From an uncultured Candidatus Rokubacteria bacterium (GTDB taxonomy: Bacteria > Methylomirabilota > Methylomirabilia > Rokubacteriales > CSP1-6): a stretch of DNA of 64,000 bases. Position numbers and translations under genes: made by a program. A model generated the notes under the pieces. The model ran no database searches. It saw only the letters and a program-made list of their open reading frames with translations, and was not told the DNA's origin. Numbering within the stretch: position 1 is the stretch's first letter; every line of letters begins with the position of its first letter. Where the stretch lies: contig CAVVEU010000008.1 in assembly GCA_963747235.1 (NCBI GenBank), positions 480,001 to 544,000 on the forward strand, read 5' to 3'. Shown in pieces: positions 46,437-55,224 of this stretch.

Positions 46437-47399
46437 CTACGGCCACCAGAGATAGAGGAAGCGGGGTCCGCCGCCGCCGAGGGTGGCCGCGAACTGGGCC
46501 AGCGTGCTCTCCGCGGTGGACGGGGGTGGGGTCAGCGAGTAGATGTTGGCGCGGTACTCCTTCGGGCGGTGGTACATGACGACCTTCGCCTCGTCGAGCC
46601 CGGCCCGCTCCTTGGCCAGCGCCACCACGTCCTCGAGATAGCCGATGCGATCCACCAGCCCCATCTTGAGCGCCTGGTCGGCGGTGTAGACGCGGCCGTC
46701 GGCCAGCCCGCGGACCCGGTCCTCCGACATCTTGCGCGACTGCACGATCAGCCCCACGAAGCGCCCGTACATCTCGTCGATGATGCCCTGGAACACCAGG
46801 CGCTCCGGCTCGGTGAGCGAGCGGAAGGGCGAGCCGGCGTCCTTCATCGGACCCGACTTGATCGCGAGCGGCGCCACCCCGATCTTCTCGAGCAGGCCCT
46901 GCGCGTTCACCGTGATCATCACCACCCCGATGCTCCCGGTGATGGTGGTCGGGTTGACCACGATGGTGTCGGCGGCGAGCGCCGCGTAGTAGCCGCCCGA
47001 GGCGCCCACGTCCATGATGACCGCGATCACCGGGACCTTCTTCCGCGCCTTGAAGGCGAGCAGCTCGTGGTAGAGGATGTCGGACGCGGTGATGGTCCCG
47101 CCCGGGCTGTTGATCCGCACGATGAGCGCCTTCACGCGCTCGTCGCGCTCGGCCTTCTGCAGCTCCTCGCGCACCCGGGCCAGCAGCGGGACGCGCGGCG
47201 GCGGCGTGGTGATCGAGAAGCCCGGCACGTCCTCGGAGAGCACCCCCGACAGGTCCAGGAGCAGGATCTTGCTCGTGCCCTTGCCCTCCACCGTCTGCTC
47301 GTCGAGCGGGCGGATCTTGGGCTGGAAATCGAGCGTGACGAGGGAGCAGCCGGACAGGGCGATCAAACCGGCGAGGGCGAGAAGGGCGAGGCGGCGCAT
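46437..47399 (-). CDS. sppA: Signal peptide peptidase (S49), lipoprotein
   Basis: LSGC lipobox, RINSPGG, ASGGYY, TGSIGV, KSGPMKD, DGRVYTA. Confidence 0.92.
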   Translation of the reverse strand: MRRLALLALAGLIALSGCSLVTLDFQPKIRPLDEQTVEGKGTSKILLLDLSGVLSEDVPGFSITTPPPRVPLLARVREELQKAERDERVKALIVRINSPGGTITASDILYHELLAFKARKKVPVIAVIMDVGASGGYYAALAADTIVVNPTTITGSIGVVMITVNAQGLLEKIGVAPLAIKSGPMKDAGSPFRSLTEPERLVFQGIIDEMYGRFVGLIVQSRKMSEDRVRGLADGRVYTADQALKMGLVDRIGYLEDVVALAKERAGLDEAKVVMYHRPKEYRANIYSLTPPPSTAESTLAQFAATLGGGGPRFLYLWWP

Positions 47400-47440
47400 G
47401 GCTGCAGTATACGGCCGCGGCGGCCGCGACGAGCGGAAGG

Positions 47441-48376
47441 TCAGCGGCGGTGATACTCCGGGCAGACCCGCTCGGCCATGCGCGCGAGCTGGTCGAGCAT
47501 GCGATCCGGCGGGCAGAGGGGGCGCAGGATGAACTTGGACGCGCCCGCCTTGACGTATTCTTCCACGCGATCCACCACGCGATCCACCGGGCCGAAGGCG
47601 GTGCACTGCCGCATGGTCGCCTCGTCCACGCGCCCGCGCGGGATATAGGGCTGGGCCATGGCGAGCGCGGCCTCCTCGGTGTCCGCGATGGCGAAGTTGA
47701 TCAGCGTGCCGAAGTGATCCTCGGGCACCTGACGCCCCGCCGCCGCCGCGAGCTCCTGCACCTTCTGGACGCCCGCGCGCAGCTCCTCGGGCGTGATGAA
47801 CGAGGGGATCCAGCCGTCGCCGAGCCGGGCGGTGCGGCGCATGGCCGCCTCGCTCTTGCCGCCGATCCAGATGGGCGGCGGGGTCTGCCACGGCTTGGGG
47901 AAGACCGAGATGCGATCGAGCTTGTAGAACTGGCCGTGCCAGGTCACCTCGTCCTGCGTCCACAGCAGGCGCAGCACGTGGATCGCCTCATCGGTGCGCC
48001 GGCCGCGCTCCGCGAACGCCACGCCGGAGGCCTCGAACTCGCGCGGCAGCTCCACGCCCACGCCGACCGCGGGAAAGAGGCGGCCCTGCGAGAGCCAGTC
48101 GATCGTGGCCATCTCCTTGGCCGCGACGACCGGCGTGCGGTAGGGCAGGACGACCACGCTCGGTCCGAACTTGAGCCGCGTCGTGCGCGCGGCGATCGCG
48201 GCGAGCGTCGTCATCACCTCGGGGACGGGGACCGGGGACGAGAGGCGGTCGGAGAGCCAGATCGAGTCCACGTCGCTCCGCTCGAGCTGATCGCAGAGCG
48301 TCCACAGGAAGGCGGCGCCCTCGCGGCCGGCCGGCCAGGGGCCCGGCATGATGCCGATCCGGTACTTGAGCGCCAT
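47441..48376 (-). CDS. LLM-class flavin-dependent oxidoreductase
   Basis: SIWLSDRL, AKEMATIDWLSQGR, PKPWQ, IWIGG, DGWIP. Confidence 0.87.
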   Translation of the reverse strand: MALKYRIGIMPGPWPAGREGAAFLWTLCDQLERSDVDSIWLSDRLSSPVPVPEVMTTLAAIAARTTRLKFGPSVVVLPYRTPVVAAKEMATIDWLSQGRLFPAVGVGVELPREFEASGVAFAERGRRTDEAIHVLRLLWTQDEVTWHGQFYKLDRISVFPKPWQTPPPIWIGGKSEAAMRRTARLGDGWIPSFITPEELRAGVQKVQELAAAAGRQVPEDHFGTLINFAIADTEEAALAMAQPYIPRGRVDEATMRQCTAFGPVDRVVDRVEEYVKAGASKFILRPLCPPDRMLDQLARMAERVCPEYHRR

Positions 48377-48468
48377 GTTGCGGCATCGTACGCGCCGGTC
48401 CCCGGGCCCGTCAAGGCGCGCGCCCGGCGAAGTTGACAGAACGGCCCCCGACGCGTCAGGGTCAATGC

Positions 48469-49110
48469 ATGAGCGATCGTGATCGGCGGGCGTTTCCCAG
48501 AGCGGCGGCGGCCTGGCCGGCCACGGTGGAGACGGGCGAGGGCCGGGTGGTATCGGGTGAGGTCGTCAACCTGAGCCTGTCGGGGATGAAGGTGCGGTCC
48601 GACTGCGAGGCGGCGGTGGGCAGCATCGTGACGGTGCGGGTGACGCTGCCGGGCGCGGCGGGCCGGATGGAGATGGTGGGCACCGTGGTGCGCCGCGACG
48701 GCGAGAGCATCGGGGTCGCGTTCCTCAAGATGTCCGATTCGCCCGCCGGCAAGATCACGTCGTTCGTCTCCCGCGGGGACACCCGCCGGCGCTTTCCCCG
48801 CGTGCTCGTCTCGCTGCCGATCCGCGTCGAGGGCGGCTCGGAAGGCACCGCGCTGGGGCACACCGTGGACCTGAGCGCGTCCGGCGGCCGCGTGACCACC
48901 GACACCCCGCTGGTGGAGGGCGACGTGGTGGTGCTCGAATTGCCGGAGCGCTCCGGCCTCGACCGCCTGCGCCTGCCCGCCCTCGTCTGGGAGTCGTACG
49001 GGGACGGCGCGGTGCTCGTGTTCGCGAACGTGGGGCCGAAGGAGTTCACGCGGCTCCAGGAATATCTCGCGAGCTGCCAGCCGCGCGGCTCGCGGCCAAG
49101 TTCCGTTTGA
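48469..49110 (+). CDS. Tandem PilZ-domain c-di-GMP receptor
   Basis: RRAFPR...NLSLSG and RRRFPR...DLSASGG (RxxxR plus D/NxSxxG, twice). Confidence 0.85.
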   Translation: MSDRDRRAFPRAAAAWPATVETGEGRVVSGEVVNLSLSGMKVRSDCEAAVGSIVTVRVTLPGAAGRMEMVGTVVRRDGESIGVAFLKMSDSPAGKITSFVSRGDTRRRFPRVLVSLPIRVEGGSEGTALGHTVDLSASGGRVTTDTPLVEGDVVVLELPERSGLDRLRLPALVWESYGDGAVLVFANVGPKEFTRLQEYLASCQPRGSRPSSV

Positions 49111-49148
49111 CAGCCCCGGGAGCGCCGCATAGAATGAACGGCGGTTCA
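49107..49148 (+). promoter_or_regulatory. sigma-70 promoter with an overlapping palindromic TetR operator
   Basis: TTGACA(49107)-N17-TAGAAT(49130); TGAAC-GGCG-GTTCA at 49135-49148. Confidence 0.7.
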
Positions 49149-49157
49149 CCTCCTGCC

Positions 49158-49742
49158 ATGCGCGATCCCGACAAGCCCCAGCAGATCATCGAGGCCGCCG
49201 TTCGGGTCTTCGCCCGCAAGGGCTACTTCAGCTCGCGCGTGTCGGACATCGCGCGCGAGGCCGGGATCGCGGCCGGCACCATCTACCTCTACTTCAAGAC
49301 CAAGGAAGACATCCTCATCACGCTCTTCCGCGAGAAGATGTCGGTCTTCGTCGCGTCCCTGCGGCGCGCGATCGCCGACGAGCCCGACGCGGTGGCCAAG
49401 GTGCGGCGGCTCGTCCACCTGCACTTCGAGATGCTCGAGGGCGATCCGGACCTCGCCGAGGTGGTGCAGGTCGAGCTGCGCCAGGGCCAGAAGTTCTTCC
49501 GCGGGGCCTCGAGCCAGGAGATCGCCGCGTACTTCGCGCTGATCGGCTCGGTGCTCGAGGAAGGTGTGGGCCAGGGCCACTTCAAGTCCGACCTCCCGGT
49601 CAAGGTCGCCACCAAGATGCTGTTCGGCGCCATGGACCAGATGGCCACGTCCTGGGTGCTGGGCAAGCGGGGGTACCGGCTCGTGGACACCGCGCCCGCG
49701 GTGGCCGATCTGTTCCTGCAGGGCGTGGCCGCCCGCCGCTAG
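49158..49742 (+). CDS. TetR-family fatty-acid metabolism regulator (Bacillus FadR/YsiA-like)
   Basis: IIEAAVRVFARKGY...IAREAGIAAGTIYLYFKTKEDIL; VVQVELRQ. Confidence 0.88.
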   Translation: MRDPDKPQQIIEAAVRVFARKGYFSSRVSDIAREAGIAAGTIYLYFKTKEDILITLFREKMSVFVASLRRAIADEPDAVAKVRRLVHLHFEMLEGDPDLAEVVQVELRQGQKFFRGASSQEIAAYFALIGSVLEEGVGQGHFKSDLPVKVATKMLFGAMDQMATSWVLGKRGYRLVDTAPAVADLFLQGVAARR

Positions 49743-49768
49743 CAACCCGCCGAGAGGAGATCCGTCCG

Positions 49769-50542
49769 ATGGCGTACGAGACCCTGATCCTGACCCGCGA
49801 GGAGCGCTTCGCGACCATCACCCTCAACCGGCCGCCCGCCAACGCGATCAGCGAGGCGCTCATGCGCGAGCTGAACGCGGCCCTCTCCGAGCTGGAGGGC
49901 GACGACGGCGTGCGCGCGGTGATCATCACCGGCGCGGGGGACAAGATCTTCTGCGCGGGCGCGGACCTGGGCTCGGCCTTCCAGGGGGCGGACGTCGGCA
50001 CCTTCATCCGCTTCGGCAACAGCGTGGTCCGCCGCATCGAGCGCTTCCCGAAGCCGGTGGTCGCGGCGATCAACGGGCACGCGTTGGGCGGCGGCTGCGA
50101 GATCGCGATGGGCTGCCACATCCGGATCCTGAAGGAGACCGCGCGGATGGGGCAGACCGAGTCCAATCTCGGCATCACCCCCGGCTTCGGCGGCACCCAG
50201 CGCTACCCGCGGCTGATGGGCCGCGGCCTGGCGCTCGAGCACCTGATCCTCGGCACCCAGGTCTCGGCCCAGGAGTGCTACCGCACCGGGCTGGTGAACC
50301 GGCTCGCGAAGGACGGGGAGACGCTCAACGACGCGAAGGCGATGGCCCGCGAGCTGGCCAAGCGGCCGCCGGTCGCCACCCGGCTCATCATCGAGGCGGT
50401 GGACGACGGGCTTCACGCGCCCATCGATACCGCGATCGAGATCGAGGTGCGCGCGTTCCTCCAGACGCTCCGCACCGAGGACGCGGCCGAGGGGATCCAG
50501 GCCTTCTTCCAGAAACGCCCCGCCGACTTCAAGGGCCGCTAG
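49769..50542 (+). CDS. Enoyl-CoA hydratase
   Basis: FCAGADL, NGHALGGGCE, ESNLGITPGFGGTQR. Confidence 0.9.
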   Translation: MAYETLILTREERFATITLNRPPANAISEALMRELNAALSELEGDDGVRAVIITGAGDKIFCAGADLGSAFQGADVGTFIRFGNSVVRRIERFPKPVVAAINGHALGGGCEIAMGCHIRILKETARMGQTESNLGITPGFGGTQRYPRLMGRGLALEHLILGTQVSAQECYRTGLVNRLAKDGETLNDAKAMARELAKRPPVATRLIIEAVDDGLHAPIDTAIEIEVRAFLQTLRTEDAAEGIQAFFQKRPADFKGR

Positions 50543-50544
50543 GC

Positions 50545-51294
50545 GTGGACCTCGGCATCGCGGGCAAGACCGCGCTCGTCACCGGCGGGGCGCGGAGCCT
50601 CGGCAAGCAGGACTGCCTGACCCTGGCCGCGGAGGGCTGCCGGATCATCGTGCTGGATCTCAACGGGGAAGGCGCCGCCGAGGCGGCCCGGGAGATCACC
50701 GAGGCGGGCGGCACCGCCCGCGGCTACGCCGCCGACATCACCGAGCGGGCGGTCCTGACCGAGGTGCTGCGCCGCGCGGAGAGCGAGGTGGGCCCGATCG
50801 ACATCTGCGTGAACAACGCGGGATGGATCTACACGATGGGCCAGCTCAAGGACACCGCGGACGAGGACTGGGACCTCAACCTCCGCATCAACCTGACCGG
50901 CACCTTCAACGTCACCAAGGCGGTGTTCCCCGGCATGCGCGAGCGGCGGTGGGGCCGCGTGATCTGCATGGCCTCGATCGCGGGCCTGATGGGCGGCTTC
51001 GGCCAGGCCGCCTACGCGACGAGCAAGATGGGGGTGATCGGGTTCGCCCGCTCGGTGGCGCTCGAGGGGGCGCGGTACAATGTCACGTCCAACGTGATCG
51101 CGCCCGGCATCGTGGGGCCGAACGCGAATCTGTCGCCGCTGTACGAGCGCATGGTCAAGCGGGTGGCCATGCAGCGGGAGGGGCAGCCCGAGGACATCGC
51201 CGGCGCGATCGCGTTCCTGTGCTCGGAGCGCGCGCGCTACATCACGGGGGCCGTGCTCACCGTCACCGGGGGCATGGACCTCTTCACGTTCTAA
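50545..51294 (+). CDS. SDR oxidoreductase (FabG/PhaB-like 3-oxoacyl reductase)
   Basis: TGGARSLG, NNAG, FGQAAYATSK, NVIAPG. Confidence 0.87.
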   Translation: MDLGIAGKTALVTGGARSLGKQDCLTLAAEGCRIIVLDLNGEGAAEAAREITEAGGTARGYAADITERAVLTEVLRRAESEVGPIDICVNNAGWIYTMGQLKDTADEDWDLNLRINLTGTFNVTKAVFPGMRERRWGRVICMASIAGLMGGFGQAAYATSKMGVIGFARSVALEGARYNVTSNVIAPGIVGPNANLSPLYERMVKRVAMQREGQPEDIAGAIAFLCSERARYITGAVLTVTGGMDLFTF

Positions 51295-51327
51295 ACGTCG
51301 AGCTTCGAGAGGAGAAGGAGACGCGTC

Positions 51328-51648
51328 ATGCCGACAGTCAAGGAGACCTTCGACAACATGGCCTCGCGGTTCCGCGCCGAGAAGGCCGCCGGGGTGAACG
51401 CCACCATCCAGTACGACATCACCGGGGACCAGGGTGGGACGTGGAACGCGGTCATCAAGGACGGCGCCTGCAGTGTCAGCCAGGGCGCGGCCGCGACCCC
51501 GAACCTCACCCTCACGATGTCCTCGCAGGACTGGCTCGACATGACCGGAGGCAAGCTCTCCGGACAGATGGCCTTCATGTCCGGCAAGCTCAAGCTCAAG
51601 GGGGACATGGGCCTCGCCATGAAGGTGGGGAGCCTGTTCCAGGTTTAA
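51328..51648 (+). CDS. SCP2 sterol/lipid-binding domain protein
   Basis: ATIQYDITG...AFMSGKLKLKGDMGLAMK. Confidence 0.9.
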   Translation: MPTVKETFDNMASRFRAEKAAGVNATIQYDITGDQGGTWNAVIKDGACSVSQGAAATPNLTLTMSSQDWLDMTGGKLSGQMAFMSGKLKLKGDMGLAMKVGSLFQV

Positions 51649-51656
51649 GCGCGTCG

Positions 51657-51695
51657 CCCCGGCCCGCTCGGCCCTACCAGGGGAGCGGGCCGGGG
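51657..51695 (+). terminator. Stem-loop after the SCP2 gene
   Basis: CCCCGGCCCGCTC...GAGCGGGCCGGGG: 13-bp stem with a weak U-tract. Confidence 0.55.
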
Positions 51696-51736
51696 TCTTG
51701 ACGCGAAGCGTCACGCAGCGGTACGATGGGAGAGTC

Positions 51737-52837
51737 ATGAAAGACGAGCTCTTCACGATGATGGGAGAGATGCCGGCGATGTCGCCCGCGGTGCTGGCGC
51801 GGATGCAGGAGGAGGCCAACCGTAACCTCCTGCGCATGAAGCACTTCGGCGAGATGGTGATGAACCCCAAGGAGCCGAAGGTCGGGCCCACGCCCCGGCA
51901 GGAGATCTTCCGGACCAACAAGTCGAGGCTCTGGCGGTACGAGTCCCGGCGCACGGTCCGGACCCCGCTGCTCTTCGTCCCCAACCTCGGGATCAGCCGG
52001 CCGTACATCTTCGACCTGATGCCGAAGGGATCGTTCGTCGAGCACATGACGCAGCAAGGCTTCGACTTTTATCTGGTCGACTGGGGGGTGTTCGGCGAGG
52101 AGGACAACGGCCTCACCGTCGAGGACGCGGTGACCAAGATCCTCCCCCGGCTGGCCCGCAAGGCGCTCGAGTCCTCGGGCGCCTCGGAGATGTCGGTGCT
52201 CGGCTACTGCATGGGCGCGCCGCTCTCGGCCAGCTTCGTGGCCACCCACCCGGAGTTCCCGCTCAAGAACTACATCGACATGGCGGGCCCGATCGACTTC
52301 GCCCACGTCGGCCTCTTCGGCAAGTGGCTCGATCCGCGCTACTTCGACGTCGACAAGTACGTGGACACCCTGGGCACCATCCCGGCCGAGATGGTCAAGA
52401 TGGGCTTCAAGCTGCTCAAGCCCACCATGGACACCAGCACGAACCTGAACCTCTGGTGGAACCTCTGGAACCCGGATTACGTCTCGGGCTTCAACGCGCT
52501 CAACAAGTGGGCCAACGAGTACCTCCCGTTCCCCGGCGAGTTCTTCCGCCAGTGGGTGCGGGACTTCTATCAGCAGAACAAGCTGATCAAGGGCGAGCTC
52601 ATGATGGCGGGGCGGCGCGTGGACCTGCGCCAGATCCGGTGCCCGGTGCTCGCGGTCGGCGCCAAGGAGGACAACATCGCGCCGCCCGCGTGCGTGAAGC
52701 CGCTGATCGACGTGGTGAGCACCAGCGACAAGGAGTACGTGGAGCTGCCCGGTGGGCACATCTCGCTGATCGCCGGACGCGGCGCCTCGGTGCATTGCTG
52801 GCCGAAGGTGGCGTCCTGGCTGGCCGCGCGCTCGTAA
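51737..52837 (+). CDS. phaC: Class III poly(3-hydroxyalkanoate) synthase, catalytic subunit
   Basis: VGPTP, TPLLFVP..ISRPYIFDL, VDWG, GYCMG (Cys), EDNIAP (Asp), GGHISL (His); about 366 aa. Confidence 0.9.
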   Translation: MKDELFTMMGEMPAMSPAVLARMQEEANRNLLRMKHFGEMVMNPKEPKVGPTPRQEIFRTNKSRLWRYESRRTVRTPLLFVPNLGISRPYIFDLMPKGSFVEHMTQQGFDFYLVDWGVFGEEDNGLTVEDAVTKILPRLARKALESSGASEMSVLGYCMGAPLSASFVATHPEFPLKNYIDMAGPIDFAHVGLFGKWLDPRYFDVDKYVDTLGTIPAEMVKMGFKLLKPTMDTSTNLNLWWNLWNPDYVSGFNALNKWANEYLPFPGEFFRQWVRDFYQQNKLIKGELMMAGRRVDLRQIRCPVLAVGAKEDNIAPPACVKPLIDVVSTSDKEYVELPGGHISLIAGRGASVHCWPKVASWLAARS

Positions 52838-52858
52838 GGCGGGCCGAGGAGCGTCGTC

Positions 52859-53416
52859 ATGGCCGACAACACCAATCAACAGCTGCTCGACATGTGGAAG
52901 CGCCAGGTGGAAGAGGGCACGCAGGCCTGGCTGCGCATGATGGGGCAGGCGCAGGCCCCGACGGCCGCGCCCGGCATGGCGCCCAACATGACAATGGACC
53001 CGCAGGCCTTCTGGCGGCCGTTCATGGACCAGGGCATGGCCGCGTGGTCGAAGGTCATGACGCAGGGGACGGCGCCCTCGCCGGACCTGATGGCGCAGTG
53101 GAAGCAGTTCCTCGACCAGTGGATCGCCGCGTGGTCCCGCGTGCTCGAGCAGGCGATGGGCACCGACAACTTCGCCCAGCTCATGGGCAAGCAGCTCGAG
53201 GGCTTCCTGAACGTCTCGGCGCCCATCAAGAAGGCGGCCGAGCAGCAGATCGACGCCTCGCTGGCCGGGCTCGGCATTCCCTCGCGCAGCCAGGTCACCG
53301 CGCTGGCCCGGCACGTGGCCCAGGTCGAGGAGAAGATCGACGCGCTCGAGGACAAGGTGGACCGTGTCCTCCGGCGCCTGGACGCGGGCGGGGCGGCCCG
53401 GACGGAGCGGGCATGA
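52859..53416 (+). CDS. phaE: PhaE-like PHA synthase subunit
   Basis: Trp/Gln-rich helical protein; MGTDNFAQLMG, LGIPSRSQVTALA..VAQVEEKID coiled coil; follows phaC. Confidence 0.75.
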   Translation: MADNTNQQLLDMWKRQVEEGTQAWLRMMGQAQAPTAAPGMAPNMTMDPQAFWRPFMDQGMAAWSKVMTQGTAPSPDLMAQWKQFLDQWIAAWSRVLEQAMGTDNFAQLMGKQLEGFLNVSAPIKKAAEQQIDASLAGLGIPSRSQVTALARHVAQVEEKIDALEDKVDRVLRRLDAGGAARTERA

Positions 53417-53997
53417 TCGGGATCACGATCGATGCGATCGCGGTCGGGGACAGCGCCCAGATCACCCGCCGCGTGACGGACGGTGACATCGCGGCGTTCG
53501 TGGACGCGGTCGGCGATCACAACCCGGTGCACGCGGACCGTGAGTACGCGGCCTCCACCGTGTTCAAGGAGCCGATCGCGCCGGGGATCTGGACCGCGGG
53601 GCTCATCTCGGCGGTCATCGGCACGCGGTTGCCCGGCCCCGGGGCGATCTATCTCTCGCAGGATCTCAAGTTCCTCAAGCCGGTGAAGGCGGGCGATTCG
53701 ATCTCGGCCCGCGTCGAGGTCCTCGAGGTCCACCGCGAGCGGAACCGCATCCGACTCCGCACGGTGTGCACCAACCAGCGCGCGGAGGACGTGCTCACCG
53801 GTGAGGCGGTGGTGATGCCCTCACGCACGCCCGTGCAGTACGCGCGCCCGGCGGTGTCCATGAACGCGATGGCGCTCTGGACGCTCCAGCCGCTGGCCTG
53901 GATGGCGCAGGGCGCCGCGATCTGGGGCATGCTCGGCCTCTCCGCGCTCGCGGTCGCCGCGCCCACGCGCCCGCCCTCCCGCCCACTCTCCCAGTAG
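53413..53997 (+). CDS. phaJ: MaoC-family (R)-specific enoyl-CoA hydratase with C-terminal extension
   Basis: GDHNPVHAD, GTRLPGPGAIYLSQDLKFLKPV. Confidence 0.82.
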   Translation: MIGITIDAIAVGDSAQITRRVTDGDIAAFVDAVGDHNPVHADREYAASTVFKEPIAPGIWTAGLISAVIGTRLPGPGAIYLSQDLKFLKPVKAGDSISARVEVLEVHRERNRIRLRTVCTNQRAEDVLTGEAVVMPSRTPVQYARPAVSMNAMALWTLQPLAWMAQGAAIWGMLGLSALAVAAPTRPPSRPLSQ

Positions 53998-54075
53998 TCC
54001 CGCGTCCGACGCGTTGCACGCGCGTCCCGGCCCGCCTTGTGGGGGTCCGGACCCGGTGCTAGACTGATTTTCGTC

Positions 54076-54576
54076 ATGGCGTACGTCATCAAGCGCTACT
54101 CCAATCGCAAGCTGTACGACACGCAGGAGAGCCGCTACGTCACGCTCGAGGAGCTCGAGGAGCTGATCCGGGCCGGCCGGGAGATCTCGGTGGTGGATGT
54201 GTCCACCGGTGAGGATCTCACCTCGGTCACGCTGGCCCAGATCATCCTGGAGAACGAGCGCAATCACCGGGCCGCCCTGCCCACCGTCTTCCTCCACCAG
54301 CTCATCAAGCACGGCGAGGCCTGGCAGGACTTCGTGCAGAAGTCGCTGCGCTCGAGCCTCGAAGGGCTCATGACGAGCCAGCGCGACGCCGACCGGGTGC
54401 TGCGGGAATGGGCATCGCGCGCCGGATGGCTCACCGCCACGGGGCCCGAGCAGCCCGCGAAGGCGGAGAAGCGGGCGGAGCCCGCCGAGGCCGACGCGCT
54501 GCGCGAGGAAGTGACGGTGCTGCGGGAGCAGCTGCGCACGCTCGAAGAGCGGCTCGAGAAGAAGCGCGAGAAGTAA
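54076..54576 (+). CDS. phaR: PHA synthesis regulator (DNA-binding)
   Basis: IKRYSNRKLYDTQESRYVTL...TGEDLT..TLAQII. Confidence 0.9.
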   Translation: MAYVIKRYSNRKLYDTQESRYVTLEELEELIRAGREISVVDVSTGEDLTSVTLAQIILENERNHRAALPTVFLHQLIKHGEAWQDFVQKSLRSSLEGLMTSQRDADRVLREWASRAGWLTATGPEQPAKAEKRAEPAEADALREEVTVLREQLRTLEERLEKKREK

Positions 54577-54580
54577 CCGC

Positions 54581-54614
54581 CCCGGCCGCGGGCCGGACGT
54601 GACCCGCGGCCGGG
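54581..54614. terminator. Hairpin between convergent phaR and phasin genes
   Basis: CCCGGCCGCGGG...CCCGCGGCCGGG: 12-bp stem. Confidence 0.6.
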
Positions 54615-54620
54615 CGCGCG

Positions 54621-55073
54621 TTACGCGATCGGGGTGTAGAGGGTCTGCACCTTCCCGGCGAGCTGGGTGAAGGTGGCCTGGATCTCCTTGCCGGTGTGCT
54701 CCGCGGTCACCTGCATCCGCTCGGCCGACCGGGACATGGCCTGCGCGGTGCCCTCGAAGACCTTGAAGGCCCGCTGCGCGCTCTCCACCGACTCCAGCAC
54801 GCCCTTCTGGTAGAAGTTCATCGGATCGCGCGGCGCGTCCTGCATCTCGTCCTGCCGGCGCTGCACGTACGACTGCCCTTCCTTCACCGCCTCGACCGCG
54901 GACGACTGGAGCTCGGCGTAGAGCCGCACGCCCTCTTTCGCGGTGCTCGCGGACAGATCGACGAGCTCGCGGAGTACCTTCTGGTTGGCGTCCGCCATCA
55001 GGGAGAATGCCTCCACCGTGCGGCTCGTGAGCTGGGCCAGGAAGTCATTCGGCTGCATCGGGTTCGTCGCCAT
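54621..55073 (-). CDS. phaP: Phasin-like PHA granule protein
   Basis: 150-aa all-helical protein rich in Ala/Gln/Glu (MATNPMQPNDF...); AAGGAG RBS; sits beside phaR. Confidence 0.65.
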   Translation of the reverse strand: MATNPMQPNDFLAQLTSRTVEAFSLMADANQKVLRELVDLSASTAKEGVRLYAELQSSAVEAVKEGQSYVQRRQDEMQDAPRDPMNFYQKGVLESVESAQRAFKVFEGTAQAMSRSAERMQVTAEHTGKEIQATFTQLAGKVQTLYTPIA

Positions 55074-55115
55074 CGTTCGCTCCTTGTTGTCGGGGGTTGA
55101 TCTGGGTACAGCACG

Positions 55116-55144
55116 AGAATAACGCGGTGCGTAACGAGGGTCAA
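55116..55144 (-). promoter_or_regulatory. sigma-70 promoter of the phasin gene with a candidate PhaR box in the spacer
   Basis: TTGACC-N17-TATTCT; ACGC-GGT-GCGT at 55122-55132. Confidence 0.55.
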
Positions 55145-55224
55145 GACTTTTGTTGCGTCGCGTCATCCGGTGCATGGTATACGAGTGTCTCCAGCTGGAT
55201 GCACCTCCGTAACCCATCGAAAAC

